From NCBI RefSeq assembly GCF_000281045.1, contig NW_008246070.1:265781-329780 (forward strand): a DNA stretch of 64,000 bases. Reading direction: 5' to 3'. This stretch comes from Saprolegnia diclina VS20. Taxonomy: Eukaryota. The notes under the pieces were generated by a model. That model had not been told where the DNA came from, made no database searches, and worked only from the letters and a program-made list of their open reading frames with translations. Below are positions 1 through 11,354 of the stretch, piece by piece. Made by a program: the position numbers and the translations under genes. Each line of letters begins with the position of its first letter. The first letter of the stretch is position 1.

Positions 1-668
1 GTCGTCTGCGGTCGCCGAGCCCGGAATCGCGTACGTCAAGTCTTCCTTGCCGTAGTTGGCTTCGTACCGCTCGGCCATGGTCGTCTTGCGGTAGTTGGGG
101 TCTTCGTACCCCGTGACAAAGTGGGCAGCGCCCACGCCTTGGACGCGCTCGGCATCGGCGTCGCCCCGCTCCGTCACACCACGGCGAAGGAGCTCCTTCA
201 TCTCGTTCGCATCAAGACCTCCGACTTGGCGGCGCTGCTTTGGCGCAATACCACTAATACAGACGTTGCATGAGGCCACGCAACGCGCCAAGTTGGAATA
301 GGATGGTGAAGAACGTACAGGGCTTCGTTCATGAGGTCCTCGTCGCGCTGTCGGGCCAGCGCGATTTCGTCTGCCAGCGCCGCGCTCTGCTCCGCCTTGG
401 TCTTGGCATACCACGTGAGGTCCTTGCCTACATGCAAGGCGGTGGTCATGGGGCGAAAGGTGCATGCAGTAGCACGTACCTTTGGCCCAGCGGCCGACGG
501 GCGCCTGGAGCGAGTGGCCAAGGTAGTTCTCACGGTACTTGTCGTTCTTGACGTCGTCCCACTTGAACTCTATGGTGGGCGTGAGCCCATGTAGCGGCAG
601 GAGGGCAGCGTACGGTCTTGGCCACCGCGGGTTCCGCCGACGCGGTAGTTGGTCTTCCCAAAGCTCAT
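1..668 (-). CDS. MMTAG2/C1orf35-like protein (spliced; 3' end runs off the window)
   Basis: ATG at 668. Joined exons (intron 1 = 570-613) read [57 protein letters not shown], matching the MMTAG2 N-terminal signature (RGGQDQFxWxDVK...RENYLG...VGRWQKGxDLTWY). Confidence 0.85.
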
Positions 669-790
669 CGGTCCAAGCGACAGAATGCGTACGTGCCTAG
701 AATCCTGATTCTATGTTCCTATATTAGGACATTTCGCCCGAATTTTGCCTCAACCGCCATTGCCGTGAGTCACAGAGGCGTCAACGGAGG

Positions 791-1426
791 ATGGAGCACT
801 TGGACCTGTATCTCAAGGCCGACCGCGACGCCGTCGACAAGGCCAACGGCAACGAGCGCTGCACGATGTACATCATCTTCCTGCGCAACCTCTCGACGGA
901 CCACAAGTACACGGCGAAGCGCCGGTACTCGGACTTCTACGAACTCCGCAACCAAATCTTGTGCCTCATTGAAGGCCACTGCGACCGCTGCAGCCAGCAC
1001 TATGAGCACATCAAGTCGTACCCGTTCCCAAGCCGGACGCTCTTTCCTCTGCTGGCGGCGCAGACAAGCGTCATCGCGGAGCGCATCGACAGCCTCTGCC
1101 TCTTCCTTAAGGACATGCTGAGCCACGTGCTCGAGTGCCCATTCGACCTGTGCGCCCACACGGATGCTACGATCCGAAGGAAGCTCATCGTCGAGTTCCT
1201 TGAGCTGGACGAGGCCAACGTCATGCCCCGCCCGCGTATACACCCGGCGGACGACGTGCGCAAAACCCCGAACCCCCGACCTGTCAAGCCGGTCCACAGC
1301 AAGTCGCCGCGAAAGGCCCGCGTCGCTGCCGACACGTGCCCTCGGTGCATGGACACGTGGATCAACTGCCTCTGTGACGACGAAGACACTGCGCGCGTCG
1401 GCCCACGGCGCCACTCGGACAGATGA
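791..1426 (+). CDS. PX-domain protein with C-terminal Cys cluster
   Basis: Single 211-aa ORF. KRRYSDFYELR, the PFP loop and ERIDSL are PX hallmarks. Also contains CDRC and CPRCMDTWINCLC. Confidence 0.75.
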   Translation: MEHLDLYLKADRDAVDKANGNERCTMYIIFLRNLSTDHKYTAKRRYSDFYELRNQILCLIEGHCDRCSQHYEHIKSYPFPSRTLFPLLAAQTSVIAERIDSLCLFLKDMLSHVLECPFDLCAHTDATIRRKLIVEFLELDEANVMPRPRIHPADDVRKTPNPRPVKPVHSKSPRKARVAADTCPRCMDTWINCLCDDEDTARVGPRRHSDR

Positions 1427-1673
1427 TTGCGCGCCGGCTTTCTAATCATCGTACTAACCCACCTCGTCGTTCTGTGAATATGCGCATGCCGCCACCACGC
1501 TGTGGCATTGCCTCTACTAGTATGTGCATACTAAGTACTAGCGGCTGACTATCGTCGCAATACTCCAAGAAGCGAGTATCAGCTCTCTAGAAGGTCTACC
1601 AAACTAGTACCACACGACGACTTGGATTCAACGCTCGGCTGGCCCTACTCGCGGTCAGCACGCCCGTGTGAGC

Positions 1674-2621
1674 TCAGTCCTGTGGTGCCTTGTACGGTGC
1701 GACGGACAAATGCGCGTTGGGTGGGCACGCGTCAGGCGCACGCGTACTCGAGCAGTCGACTTGCACTGCGGTGGCGATATCGCCGCGAGGCTTGCTCCAG
1801 CAGCTCCGAACAGCCGATAGGAAGACGCTTCCATTGTCTCGTTGGACGCAATGCATCTCGACAGTGTGCGAATAGAGGCTCTGGAGCATCGCTGTAGTCA
1901 CCATAGGCATATCGCTTGCCGCGACTGCGTTGATGGCTGTCGTCGCCGCGGCGAGGCGCTGCGCCACGTGCAACGTATCGGTGAAGTACCGCGCGGCGGC
2001 GTCTTCGTAGCCGCTACTGGCATCCGTGTAGCAGAGACCGTGCTTTTGGAACTCGTGGTTCCACAGCTCGCAGGCCATGTCGATGGGCACTAGCTGCGTC
2101 GCGTCTCGCCACGCGTCGGTCATGTCGGCCAGTAACGACGGGAATCGGGTCGTCCACGTATGCGGGTTGAACGGCCGGTTCAAGATCGTGGCGCTCGTAT
2201 TGCAGCAAGCGGGGTACCCGCCGTCGTAATTGGGCCACAGACCGTGGATCAAGAGGCGGCTCGGCACCGACGGCATCTTGCACGAGATACCGAGCGGGTA
2301 GGCCGCGACGGGGCGGTGGGCCAGCGTCGGGTCGGTGCCCGTGAGCAAGTCGCGGCAAAACTGCGGGAGAAAAAGCTGGTCGAGAAGCAAGGTGTCGTAG
2401 TCGCCGGGCGCTTGGCGCTTGTGGACGCAGTCGGTCGTGTTTGTAAAGCACGTTGGGTATGGGCTCGCACCGACGCAGATGTCGACGCAACTCGCTTTGC
2501 TCGGGGCCCACCCCCCAGGATAGTCGGTCGACAATGTCACCCGCGGCCCATTCGCTGGCGACCACACCAAGAGCGCGGCGACGGGGCTGATGACTATACT
2601 TGCCAGCGCCAGCCTGGCCAT
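1674..2621 (-). CDS. Secreted ribonuclease T2 family protein
   Basis: N-terminal hydrophobic signal. CAS I (LIHGLWPN) and CAS II (LWNHEFQKHGLC) both retain their catalytic His. Confidence 0.92.
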   Translation of the reverse strand: MARLALASIVISPVAALLVWSPANGPRVTLSTDYPGGWAPSKASCVDICVGASPYPTCFTNTTDCVHKRQAPGDYDTLLLDQLFLPQFCRDLLTGTDPTLAHRPVAAYPLGISCKMPSVPSRLLIHGLWPNYDGGYPACCNTSATILNRPFNPHTWTTRFPSLLADMTDAWRDATQLVPIDMACELWNHEFQKHGLCYTDASSGYEDAAARYFTDTLHVAQRLAAATTAINAVAASDMPMVTTAMLQSLYSHTVEMHCVQRDNGSVFLSAVRSCWSKPRGDIATAVQVDCSSTRAPDACPPNAHLSVAPYKAPQD

Positions 2622-3069
2622 CGCAAAAATGGAACGACTTTAAATCTTTATCCGTAACCGGATACCTGGTTTGATGCGAAGACGCCCTCTCCTTCCTGCG
2701 CAAGAGAGACGATCTACATGACCTGCCGCAGCTTGTTGGCACAGGGCCGTTGCTTTGCATGTCCGCGGTGGCGCATCCTTTGATTGCCCATACAAGCGCA
2801 GGCGCCATCTGGTTCGACTTGAAGTTGGGCGATTGCACGTGGCATTGTGGCCAACGAGAGGCTGCCACCGTGCCATTAGGGCAGGCTACGCCTGCACTGA
2901 ATGGTCTCGTTCGAAGGTCCATAGTTCACATTGACAACAAGCAGGATACGGTGTCATCACTAGCGACGATGACTTGGTGGTCGCGCACATTGAAGCTCCG
3001 ATGGAAGTGCGCAAAATAACATGAAAAGCAAAGGGACGTAAACTAACAACGCTACGAGGACGAGTCTAT

Positions 3070-3504
3070 TTAATGGTCGGCTTCATCGCAGTGCTTCTGG
3101 TACGCCGCCTCGTCGAGGAGTTCGCTCGTCTCGGCGGGGTTCGTGAGCTTGATCTTCATGAACCAGCCGTTCTCGAGCGGGCTCTCGTTGACGAGCTCGG
3201 GCGACGCGGCAAGAACCTCGTTGACCTCGATGACTTCGCCCGACGCCGGCGCATAGACGTCGCTGGCAGCCTTGACCGACTCGACCGAGCCGAACGACTC
3301 GCCCTTGGCGAACTTCTGGCCGACGCTCGGGAGGTCGACGTACACAATGTCGCCGAGCGCGGTCTGCGCGAAATCCGTAATGCCGACCGTGGCCTCGTTA
3401 CCGTTGATGATGAGGTACTCGTGCTCGGGCGTGAACTTGGTCGCGAAGCTGCGGCGGGCGAGCGCCGGCGAACGCACAGCGGAGCGGAAGACACGGGACA
3501 ACAT
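3070..3504 (-). CDS. GCSH: Glycine cleavage system H protein, mitochondrial
   Basis: Arg-rich transit peptide, VGITDFAQTALGDIVYV, lipoyl-Lys motif VESVKAASDVYAP. Confidence 0.97.
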   Translation of the reverse strand: MLSRVFRSAVRSPALARRSFATKFTPEHEYLIINGNEATVGITDFAQTALGDIVYVDLPSVGQKFAKGESFGSVESVKAASDVYAPASGEVIEVNEVLAASPELVNESPLENGWFMKIKLTNPAETSELLDEAAYQKHCDEADH

Positions 3505-4165
3505 TGTTTGGCGACGGTGGGCAAAATCGAAAGTGACCTCGAGCGTCCAGCGTCAGCCTCCCAGATCTTATGCTCGTATCCGGACAGCACGCCAGCTGCG
3601 GCGACTGTCAACTTGCTTTCTCTATGCCGAGAGCGCTTTTCCGGATACGCTTGGGTGGGCACCCGGTTCCAAGCCAATGAATAGGGCTACATTCAAGCTT
3701 CAATTGGGATCTCTCACCAGATTGCGCAGCATTTGTTTTCCAAAGACATCAACTGCGCCGTTCCATGCAGTCTGAGAGGTTCTTCCCGCGTCGATGCCAG
3801 ACCGTCAAATGCACGCGTACTCCCGACCTACGTCTCGGTCGCCTTGATGGTATCGACGCGGATGAATGGCCAAGTCGACTTTGCCATTGTGCTGGGTGGT
3901 CGCAGTGCAGAGGAATCCACCCAAGTGAACTTGGCTGCAAGTGCACGCCATGCGATACAAGCTTGTCAGAAGGTCGTCGATGCACGTGAGCAACTTGGTT
4001 CGCGCTGCAGTGGCGCTCGTGCTAGCAGCCTTCGAGTGTCGGAGCAAGATTCGCAGCAACTCTCAACGCTGTAACCGGATCTTTCGGTTGAGAAGATCGC
4101 AGTATAAATACCAAGCGCCATCTTGGATCCAATTTCCCTTGCGTGGACGAGACGTCAGAAGCCCG

Positions 4166-4501
4166 ATGGAGATGCGAGGACAAGCCATGAAGACGGTGAT
4201 GCTGCTACAGGCGCTCGCGATCGTCTGCGCGCAGACAGTCACTGAGCACGACGGGCTCCTCCAGAACACGAACGCGATGAACGTGGCCAAGGCCGAACAG
4301 GCGGCGCGCGACGCGGCCCGCGACGAGGAAAACGTCTCGCTGCTCCTGGGGTCCGGCGTCATCTTTGTTGCGGGCGTCGCGATGCTCGGCATCATCGCGT
4401 ACATCGTGTACACGCAGCACAAGCGCAACGTCGCGCGCGACGAAGACAACCAGCTCATGAAGTCGCTCCTCGACAGCGAAATGGACTACGCAGCCATGTA
4501 G
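4166..4501 (+). CDS. Small single-pass membrane protein (signal peptide, TM helix, tail ending YAAM)
   Basis: Signal-like MKTVMLLQALAIVCA, TM LLLGSGVIFVAGVAMLGIIAYIVY, strong GC3 codon bias. Start could be 4166 or 4187. Confidence 0.7.
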   Translation: MEMRGQAMKTVMLLQALAIVCAQTVTEHDGLLQNTNAMNVAKAEQAARDAARDEENVSLLLGSGVIFVAGVAMLGIIAYIVYTQHKRNVARDEDNQLMKSLLDSEMDYAAM

Positions 4502-4537
4502 ACGCTGCGTATAATGAATCTCGTATTGTATGGACGA

Positions 4538-5550
4538 CTACGCTGCGTCATGGGCATTGACGAGGCCGTGTATGAACCACAGCTCGAGCATCTCTTGTCG
4601 GTCGTAGGCAAACGCTTGGGGGACCTCGTGCGTGGGCAGGGGCGTCGCCGCCAAGAAGGGCTTGGCCTCTTTCGCCAGACACTGCTCGCATGTGTAGCGC
4701 GTACGATGCGGCTCGGTCAAGCTGAGTGACGTGAGTGGTACATGACGGCAAATCCTGGCCTCGAAAACGTCATAACCGAGGTGGGCAACCGATAACGTCG
4801 CCGCCGAGAACACGGCCTACGCATCCGCGTCAGTTGCTGCGCTGACAAGAGGCATGACACCCGCTTCTCGGTGGCGATAATGGCCGTCCGGCTTGCATTC
4901 TCCAGCAGGAGCTCGGTGAGCTTGGCCAAGAATGCAACTGCGACGTCATCGTCATAGAACACGTCACTAGGCATACGGTTTTGAAGTAGATGGCTGCCGC
5001 ACAGCACACACTACCTCGCAAGCACAAAGCGAGCGCGCTCCAGCGCCGTGCGATCGCGGTTCGACCAGCCGAACGGTTCTTCGGGCGGCAGCAACGCGCG
5101 CCTCGTCCAATCCAAACGGCGCAATCGGCACGGACCCTAACCACGATTCAACCGACAACCAAATGCAGATGATTGCCTACATGCAAGTTCCAGCGAAGGT
5201 TGTCTTCAGCGAGCGCGAGGGCATCAACGTTGTGGTCCGTGGCGAGCACGAGCTTGGCGACGCCGGAGAGCACGAGGCTGACGAAGCCTACACGAGCTCA
5301 TCCCCCGAGCGTATAAGGAAGAGGATGTACCAATGCCACAGCCAAGTTCGAGAATCGTTTCGTCAGCAAAGACACTGGCGTGGTGGAGTGCAAAGTCGAC
5401 GAGGAGGAACGCGGCGCGCCACACCTGCACGCCCGACTTGTTCGAGAAGCAGTCGCGCTGTACACGCAACGCTATCTCGCTCACCGCTGCTTTCATGCGC
5501 TTTCGAGCGACGTGGATATCTCCATCAGCGTCCATCATTGGCGGGTTCAT
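4538..5550 (-). CDS. METTL22-like protein-lysine methyltransferase (spliced)
   Basis: MDADGDIHV, GVQVWRAAFLLVDF, SAM motif ILELGCGIG, DVFYDDD and C-terminal AFAYDRQEMLELW, spread over several exons. Confidence 0.8.
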
Positions 5551-5960
5551 ATCGCTCGGGCGGGCCTACGCTGGCGGCGTCCGGAGCCATTTGTTCGATG
5601 GCCAACGTTAGCAGGAGGTCATACCAGAGGCTGTATGCGCAACGTCGTGAAGCCGTCCTCCGAGAGCTATGCCATAGAGTTGGTGACACGGCAAGCGTCG
5701 GTAACGAGGCAGTACTTCGTCGCTGCCGTTGATCTCATCGACGACTTCCGACCGGACCCGATGGCCCATGGCTGCCCCAAGTTCAAACACGAGTTCTGAT
5801 TGGTGGACGTGACCCAGAGGTGCTAACGTTATTAGTGCAACAGGATAGCTGCGTTGCTCTATCCTCTGCTGCTTGCTCTGGCATTGGGATTGTGAAGTTG
5901 AATGAATACAGATGTGCCTGCTCTTCATGGTTGCTGCAAAGCGCATCCTGACCAAGAGCA

Positions 5961-6111
5961 TGACGTGGCAAGGTCGTGGCGCGTCCGGATACATAAATAT
6001 CCGGATAGTGCTTTTTCGAGACCTTTCGAGCTTTTCGCGCATCTTGTTCGCGAATTCGCGTACGTCCCGTCGAAGACATTGACGTCGAGATGGCAGCTCA
6101 TTACCAAATTT
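5961..6111 (+). promoter_or_regulatory. Promoter module: TGACGTGGC, TATCCGGATA, HSE-like units, INR/FPR
   Basis: TGACGTGGC 5961-5969, TATCCGGATA 5998-6007, TTCgaGACctTTC 6015-6027, TGTTCGCGAATTC 6045-6057, GCTCATTACCAAATTT 6096-6111. The same elements are conserved in the paralog promoter at 49600-49778. Confidence 0.6.
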
Positions 6112-6127
6112 ACTATCGAGCTGCAAC

Positions 6128-7102
6128 ATGAGCTACATGGAGAAGCCCCGCGCGGAGCCAACGGAGGCGACGCCCACGACGACCGACGACTACGAGATCG
6201 TCAACATGCCAACGCCCGAGGGCAGTGTGCAAGAGGTCTCGATCGACGCCGCACACGACAAAGCCAGCGTGGATAGCATGCAAGAAGAAAACACAAGTGA
6301 GCCCATGGCAGCCGACGTGCCCGACGAGGAGGCCCACCCGGAGCTTCCAACGGCCATCACACAAGAACCTTCAAGCACCGAGATGACGCCCGAGACTACG
6401 ACAGAGCTGCATGCGCAAGAGCCAGAGCAGCAGACTCAACGCGATGAACCAACACCGCGTGACGAGGAAAGCACAACAGAAGAACCAAGCTCCCACCAAC
6501 AACGAGCAGCGCACGACAAGGACCACGTCGCTGCAGAGTCGACGACCAAGCCGTCAAGTTCGACGTCCCGAACCAGTACCCTGTATGCATTCAAGCGTGT
6601 GCCCGTCGTGTCGAGGGAAGAGCAAAAGCGCGCTACGGCAGTCAAGTCCCCAGAGGCGACACCACCACCAAGAACCGCGCATCCGCAGACATCCATGCCA
6701 TTTATCTTCATGCAGTCGTCCCCGTCGCCGACGCACGAGAGACAGAACCACACCACGCAGCAGAAAGCTCGCACTCCGCCACAGCCCAAGCACATTCGCA
6801 TCGTCACGCCGACGCAACAGCCGCCAGTGCAGCGCAAGAAGCCCGTGACGGTCACCGTTCGCGTCAACGGTGTACCCGTGGCGCGCGAGGTCGTGGGCGA
6901 CGAAGACATAGTGTTTGACATTGAAGCCCCGCAGCCGCCGAGAGTCGACTACGCCGCCGAGATCGCCCGACTCCAGCGTCTCCAAGAGGCCCAAGAAACG
7001 CGCGACCGCCAGCTTTGGCTGTCGCAAATGGGTATATCCCACCGCCCCACGCTGCACGAGTCTTCTTACAATGCCCAACCTCGCATGTACTACATGTACT
7101 AA
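6128..7102 (+). CDS. Low-complexity T/E/P/S-rich hypothetical protein, copy A
   Basis: Intronless 324-aa ORF preceded by an INR/FPR-like element. An equal-length paralog lies at 48609-49583. Confidence 0.8.
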   Translation: MSYMEKPRAEPTEATPTTTDDYEIVNMPTPEGSVQEVSIDAAHDKASVDSMQEENTSEPMAADVPDEEAHPELPTAITQEPSSTEMTPETTTELHAQEPEQQTQRDEPTPRDEESTTEEPSSHQQRAAHDKDHVAAESTTKPSSSTSRTSTLYAFKRVPVVSREEQKRATAVKSPEATPPPRTAHPQTSMPFIFMQSSPSPTHERQNHTTQQKARTPPQPKHIRIVTPTQQPPVQRKKPVTVTVRVNGVPVAREVVGDEDIVFDIEAPQPPRVDYAAEIARLQRLQEAQETRDRQLWLSQMGISHRPTLHESSYNAQPRMYYMY

Positions 7103-7187
7103 CTAAACACTGAAAAAATATACTAGTATGCTTTTTGTTGCGAACATGTTGGTACTAACATTTGAATCGATTCGTAAATTATACTAC

Positions 7188-8782
7188 CTACCAAATCTCA
7201 ATGGCGTCTTGTAGGCGCGAGACTTCGTCTTCGGGGACGTTCTCGTTGTGGCTGTTTTGACCAACTTGCTCAATCTCGTTGGCAATCGCCAAGTCCAAGT
7301 CGACCGCTTGCGTGAGCTTGTCAAAGAAGGACGCTTCGTAGGCTGCGAGCGGATCGAGCGCGTCGGGGGCTTCTGCCGGAAGGTCGCTCAGCAGAACCAT
7401 GTGTCCCGCGTTCAAGTCGTCGACAGCGTCGCTGAACGTCCAGTCCTTGCCTACCGCGCCAAACGGCGTGTGAAGACCAAGTGGCGTCGGCGTCCAGGTC
7501 GCACAGCGCGTCCACGCCGCTGCCGGTGCCGCGGGCATGTTGAGTCGGCAGTGCGTCGTGGGCACATCCATGTACGTGGCGAGAGTGCCAGCGAGTGGTT
7601 GGACCTACAGGTACCTCGATAAGACACTTGCTGGATCCAAGGAGCGAACATCTAAGTGGTCACTCTGACGCAGGATTGCGTGGGCTTCGGCGAGCCCGTC
7701 GAGAAAGGCATCGCTACGGACCCACGCGTCGCCTTGTGCAAAGAAGAAGATCCACTTGGAGGCACTGGCGACAACCGACGGATCCGCAGTCACGTGCGAG
7801 GCGAGCGCGACCACCATGGCAGCGTCGAAGAGCGGCCAGATCGTCTGGAGTTCGCGGCAGAGCGACATCGCGCTGGCCTCGTTTGTGCTTGGCGCCAAAA
7901 GCAAGCCTAGAGCTACTCGCGCCTTGTGCCGAATGCGCAGGACAATATTGTCGGTACCTTTGGGTGCCATGGGATCGGCGGGCGCCGCCGACGCCGTGTA
8001 CGGCGGGCCCGAGACAAGAAGAGGCACGGCGATTTTAGCAAGTGCGTCGAGATCCTGCACCATGAGCGGTCCAAGCGGCTCGTTCGTTTCTACTGGAATG
8101 TGAGCCAGTGGTAACATTGGTACATGGCGCTACCGAGACAGCGACGCAGCAAACCCTCGATGCGAGCGACGCGGTCGAGAAACGAGGCTTCCTGCGGCTG
8201 CCAGTAGTGCTCAAAGAGCCACTTCCAGAGCGTTTGGGCTGCGAGCTGCAGCGTCGGCAGCGCCGGCAGCTTGGTGTGCGCCGACTCGTGCCGAATGTCG
8301 ACGACCCAGAGCGGAATACCAATGCGCATGGCGAGCGTGCTCACGGGCATCGCGTACGCGCCCTTCTGCGACGCGTCGACAAGACCGTTGACGCAGCGCA
8401 AGATGGTGGCCGCGTACAACAGCCGCAGCTCTTCGTACGACCGGTACATGGACCGGCCAGGCGTCGCGAGGCCGTACGCCCCATCGTGGCAGCTGATCTC
8501 TGCCAGCTGCGCCGTGACCTCAATCGCAATGGGCACATCGCTGCGAGCGCGCCAGGCAGCAATGCGCGCAAGGCCACGTAGCTTGTCGCCATTGGAGGCG
8601 TCCAGATGCAGCTCGACAGCAAACAGCGCGCGGTAGACCTGCTGCCACTCGTGCCAGTCCATCCAGACGGCAAAGGCGCGCCGCCCTGCATAAAGGTAGT
8701 CCTTGTCTCGGATGACAGGGCTGCCTTGGGGCGCGACGGCAGGGACCTCTATATACGCAGTGAGACCAACGTCGAGGTCCAT
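7188..8782 (-). CDS. LAS1: Las1 pre-rRNA processing HEPN endoribonuclease (spliced)
   Basis: WMDWHEWQQV, LYAATILRCVNGLVD, IGIPLWVVDIRHESAH (RHxxxH HEPN motif), WLFEHYW. Intron at 8093-8133 and a second near 7605-7650. Confidence 0.9.
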
Positions 8783-8912
8783 GCGGCTCGATACCAGTGT
8801 CAACCTCCATGATTGCGGCCTTTGAAAATGAACCAACCAGCGCATTGTCGATTTTAACCTGGGGTAAACACCTTTGACCGCACCTTTTACCGGTCCAGCA
8901 TGTGGTTAAACG

Positions 8913-9422
8913 NNNNNNNNNNNNNNNNNNNNNNNNNNNNNNNNNNNNNNNNNNNNNNNNNNNNNNNNNNNNNNNNNNNNNNNNNNNNNNNNNNNNNNNN
9001 NNNNNNNNNNNNNNNNNNNNNNNNNNNNNNNNNNNNNNNNNNNNNNNNNNNNNNNNNNNNNNNNNNNNNNNNNNNNNNNNNNNNNNNNNNNNNNNNNNNN
9101 NNNNNNNNNNNNNNNNNNNNNNNNNNNNNNNNNNNNNNNNNNNNNNNNNNNNNNNNNNNNNNNNNNNNNNNNNNNNNNNNNNNNNNNNNNNNNNNNNNNN
9201 NNNNNNNNNNNNNNNNNNNNNNNNNNNNNNNNNNNNNNNNNNNNNNNNNNNNNNNNNNNNNNNNNNNNNNNNNNNNNNNNNNNNNNNNNNNNNNNNNNNN
9301 NNNNNNNNNNNNNNNNNNNNNNNNNNNNNNNNNNNNNNNNNNNNNNNNNNNNNNNNNNNNNNNNNNNNNNNNNNNNNNNNNNNNNNNNNNNNNNNNNNNN
9401 NNNNNNNNNNNNNNNNNNNNNN
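8913..9422. other. Assembly gap (510 N)
   Basis: Run of N between two divergently transcribed genes. Confidence 1.
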
Positions 9423-9446
9423 GGTTGCAATCTTTCTCTGACGCCC

Positions 9447-11259
9447 ATGCGACGACACGCGCTGGTCGTCTGGCTCGTCGGCGCCGCCGCCGCCTTTGAC
9501 GCGGACGAGTGGGCCGACTTCCCCGCCTACTGCGCCAAGCATGTCGAGAAGAACATCATCGCGCCGCTACCCAGCGCCGACCGGTACGTCCTCGACCAAG
9601 TCCAGATTGCGATCCGCCATGGCGCTCGGACGCTCGTGCAGCGATCGACGTGCTGGAGCGGCTACAACGCCACGTGGAACTGCAATGCGCGCAACCACAT
9701 TGTGCGTACTTGGCGCGACAGCAGCGAAGGCTCATGCGCACGTAGGAGCCGGCGCTTGGTCCGTCGACGCATCGGAGCTTTGACGTGCAGTACACGCCCG
9801 GCGAGACCGTGCTCCGTGGCACGTGCCAAGTTGGCCAGCTCCTCGACGAAGGCTACCGACAAGAGACAACCAACGGCCAGTACGTCTCGACGCATCGCTA
9901 CGCGAACCCATAGACTCGTAGGCACTTCCACGACGCGTACATCGCCTCAGGCCGCCTCTTCCCCAAGGACACGCCTGCCGACCTCGCCGACCCCACGAGT
10001 ACGTTCCTCTCTCTGCTCTAAATGTGTTTTCACTGCAATCGGCATGCGTAGATGTCTACCTGAGCAGCACGGACATGCAACGAACCGTCATGTCCGGACA
10101 GCTCGTCGTCGACGCCATGTTCCCGATGCCAGCCACCACGCCAGCATTGGTTCCTTGGCACGTTGGCGACGTGAGTCAGTCATCCTTCATCCCCAATCCC
10201 TTTGCGTGTCCCCGTCTCGGTGACATCAAGGACGCATTCGAGGCGAGCGACGGGTACCGCCTCTGGTTGCACATGCACGACGAGCTCGTCGCGACGATGC
10301 ACGCGACGTTCCCCAACTACGATCCGAAAGGGCTTTTCGACTGCATGCTCACGGCGCGCTGCAGCCTCACGCGCCATGACATGCCATTGCCGCTCACGCC
10401 GTCGCACTACAAGGACATCATCCGCTTCGAGCGGGACAAGCGAATGAAGATCTACACGGAAGACGACGAGTACGCCAAGCTGAGCATGAGCAAGCTCCTC
10501 CGCAGCGTCCGCGCCAAGATGCAAGCCAAATCGCCCACGTTTGTCCTCTACTCGGGTAAGGGTAGTAGCGTCAAAGGTGCAGAACCCAGTAAGTATGGAC
10601 TAGGCCATGACGATACGGTCATGCCGATTCTGGCCGCGATCGGAGGCGCCGACTGGCTCCGCGACTGGCCGCCGTACGCGGCGTTTGTCGCGTTTGAGGT
10701 CTACACTGAAGTAGCCACCACGACGCGCTTCGTGCGTGTAGTCTACCAAGGCCAGCCGCTCACGCTTCCCGGGTGTACTGCCGGTGCAGTCTCTACGTTG
10801 CGCTCGTATTCGATTGACCATTGGCATTCTTTAGACGCGCTCTGCCCACTGAGTCTCTTTCTCGAGTGGACATCGTTCGCCGAGACAGCCGACTGCACGC
10901 GGTCGACCCACCCAGGTTGATAAATTGATATTTTCAAAAATATTTAAAAGCGTGGCGTAGCGCTCGAGACGCCCGAGCCTGTGCCCGCAAAGGATGCCGG
11001 CGTCTCGATCACGGACGCGTCGGGGTCGCACGTGAGCGTCGACACGTTCCTTGTCTGCGTCGTCGTCGGCGTGCTCTTGGGCTTTGTCTTTGGCCTGCTC
11101 GTCGCCAAGGTCGTGCGACAGACCGAGGCGAGCGATAAGAAGACCGAGAAGCTGCATTTGGACGCAGCGGCTGCAGACGACGACGAAACCGGCGGCCTCC
11201 TGCCAGCAGCCACTTCTGAACCGAGCAGCCCGACGGTCGCGATGGCCAAGAAGAAATGA
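9447..11259 (+). CDS. Histidine acid phosphatase with C-terminal TM anchor (lysosomal ACP-like; spliced)
   Basis: Signal peptide, RHGART motif and GHD motif. Intron 10916-10960 joins in frame to an exon encoding TM FLVCVVVGVLLGFVFGLLVA and a tail containing ETGGLL. Confidence 0.85.
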
Positions 11260-11354
11260 CGCCGGGTGGGCGACACCGACGTCCGAGGCCCTCCCGTGTA
11301 GATCCACCAGCAGCATCCAACAACACGCATCAACATGTGCACTGGATTAGCGTA

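Noticed and set aside
8520..9542. ORFs spanning the N run
   Set aside because: Artefacts of the assembly gap.
10981..11259. Stand-alone 92-aa membrane protein ORF
   Set aside because: It starts at GTG and splices in frame to the upstream acid phosphatase as its last exon.
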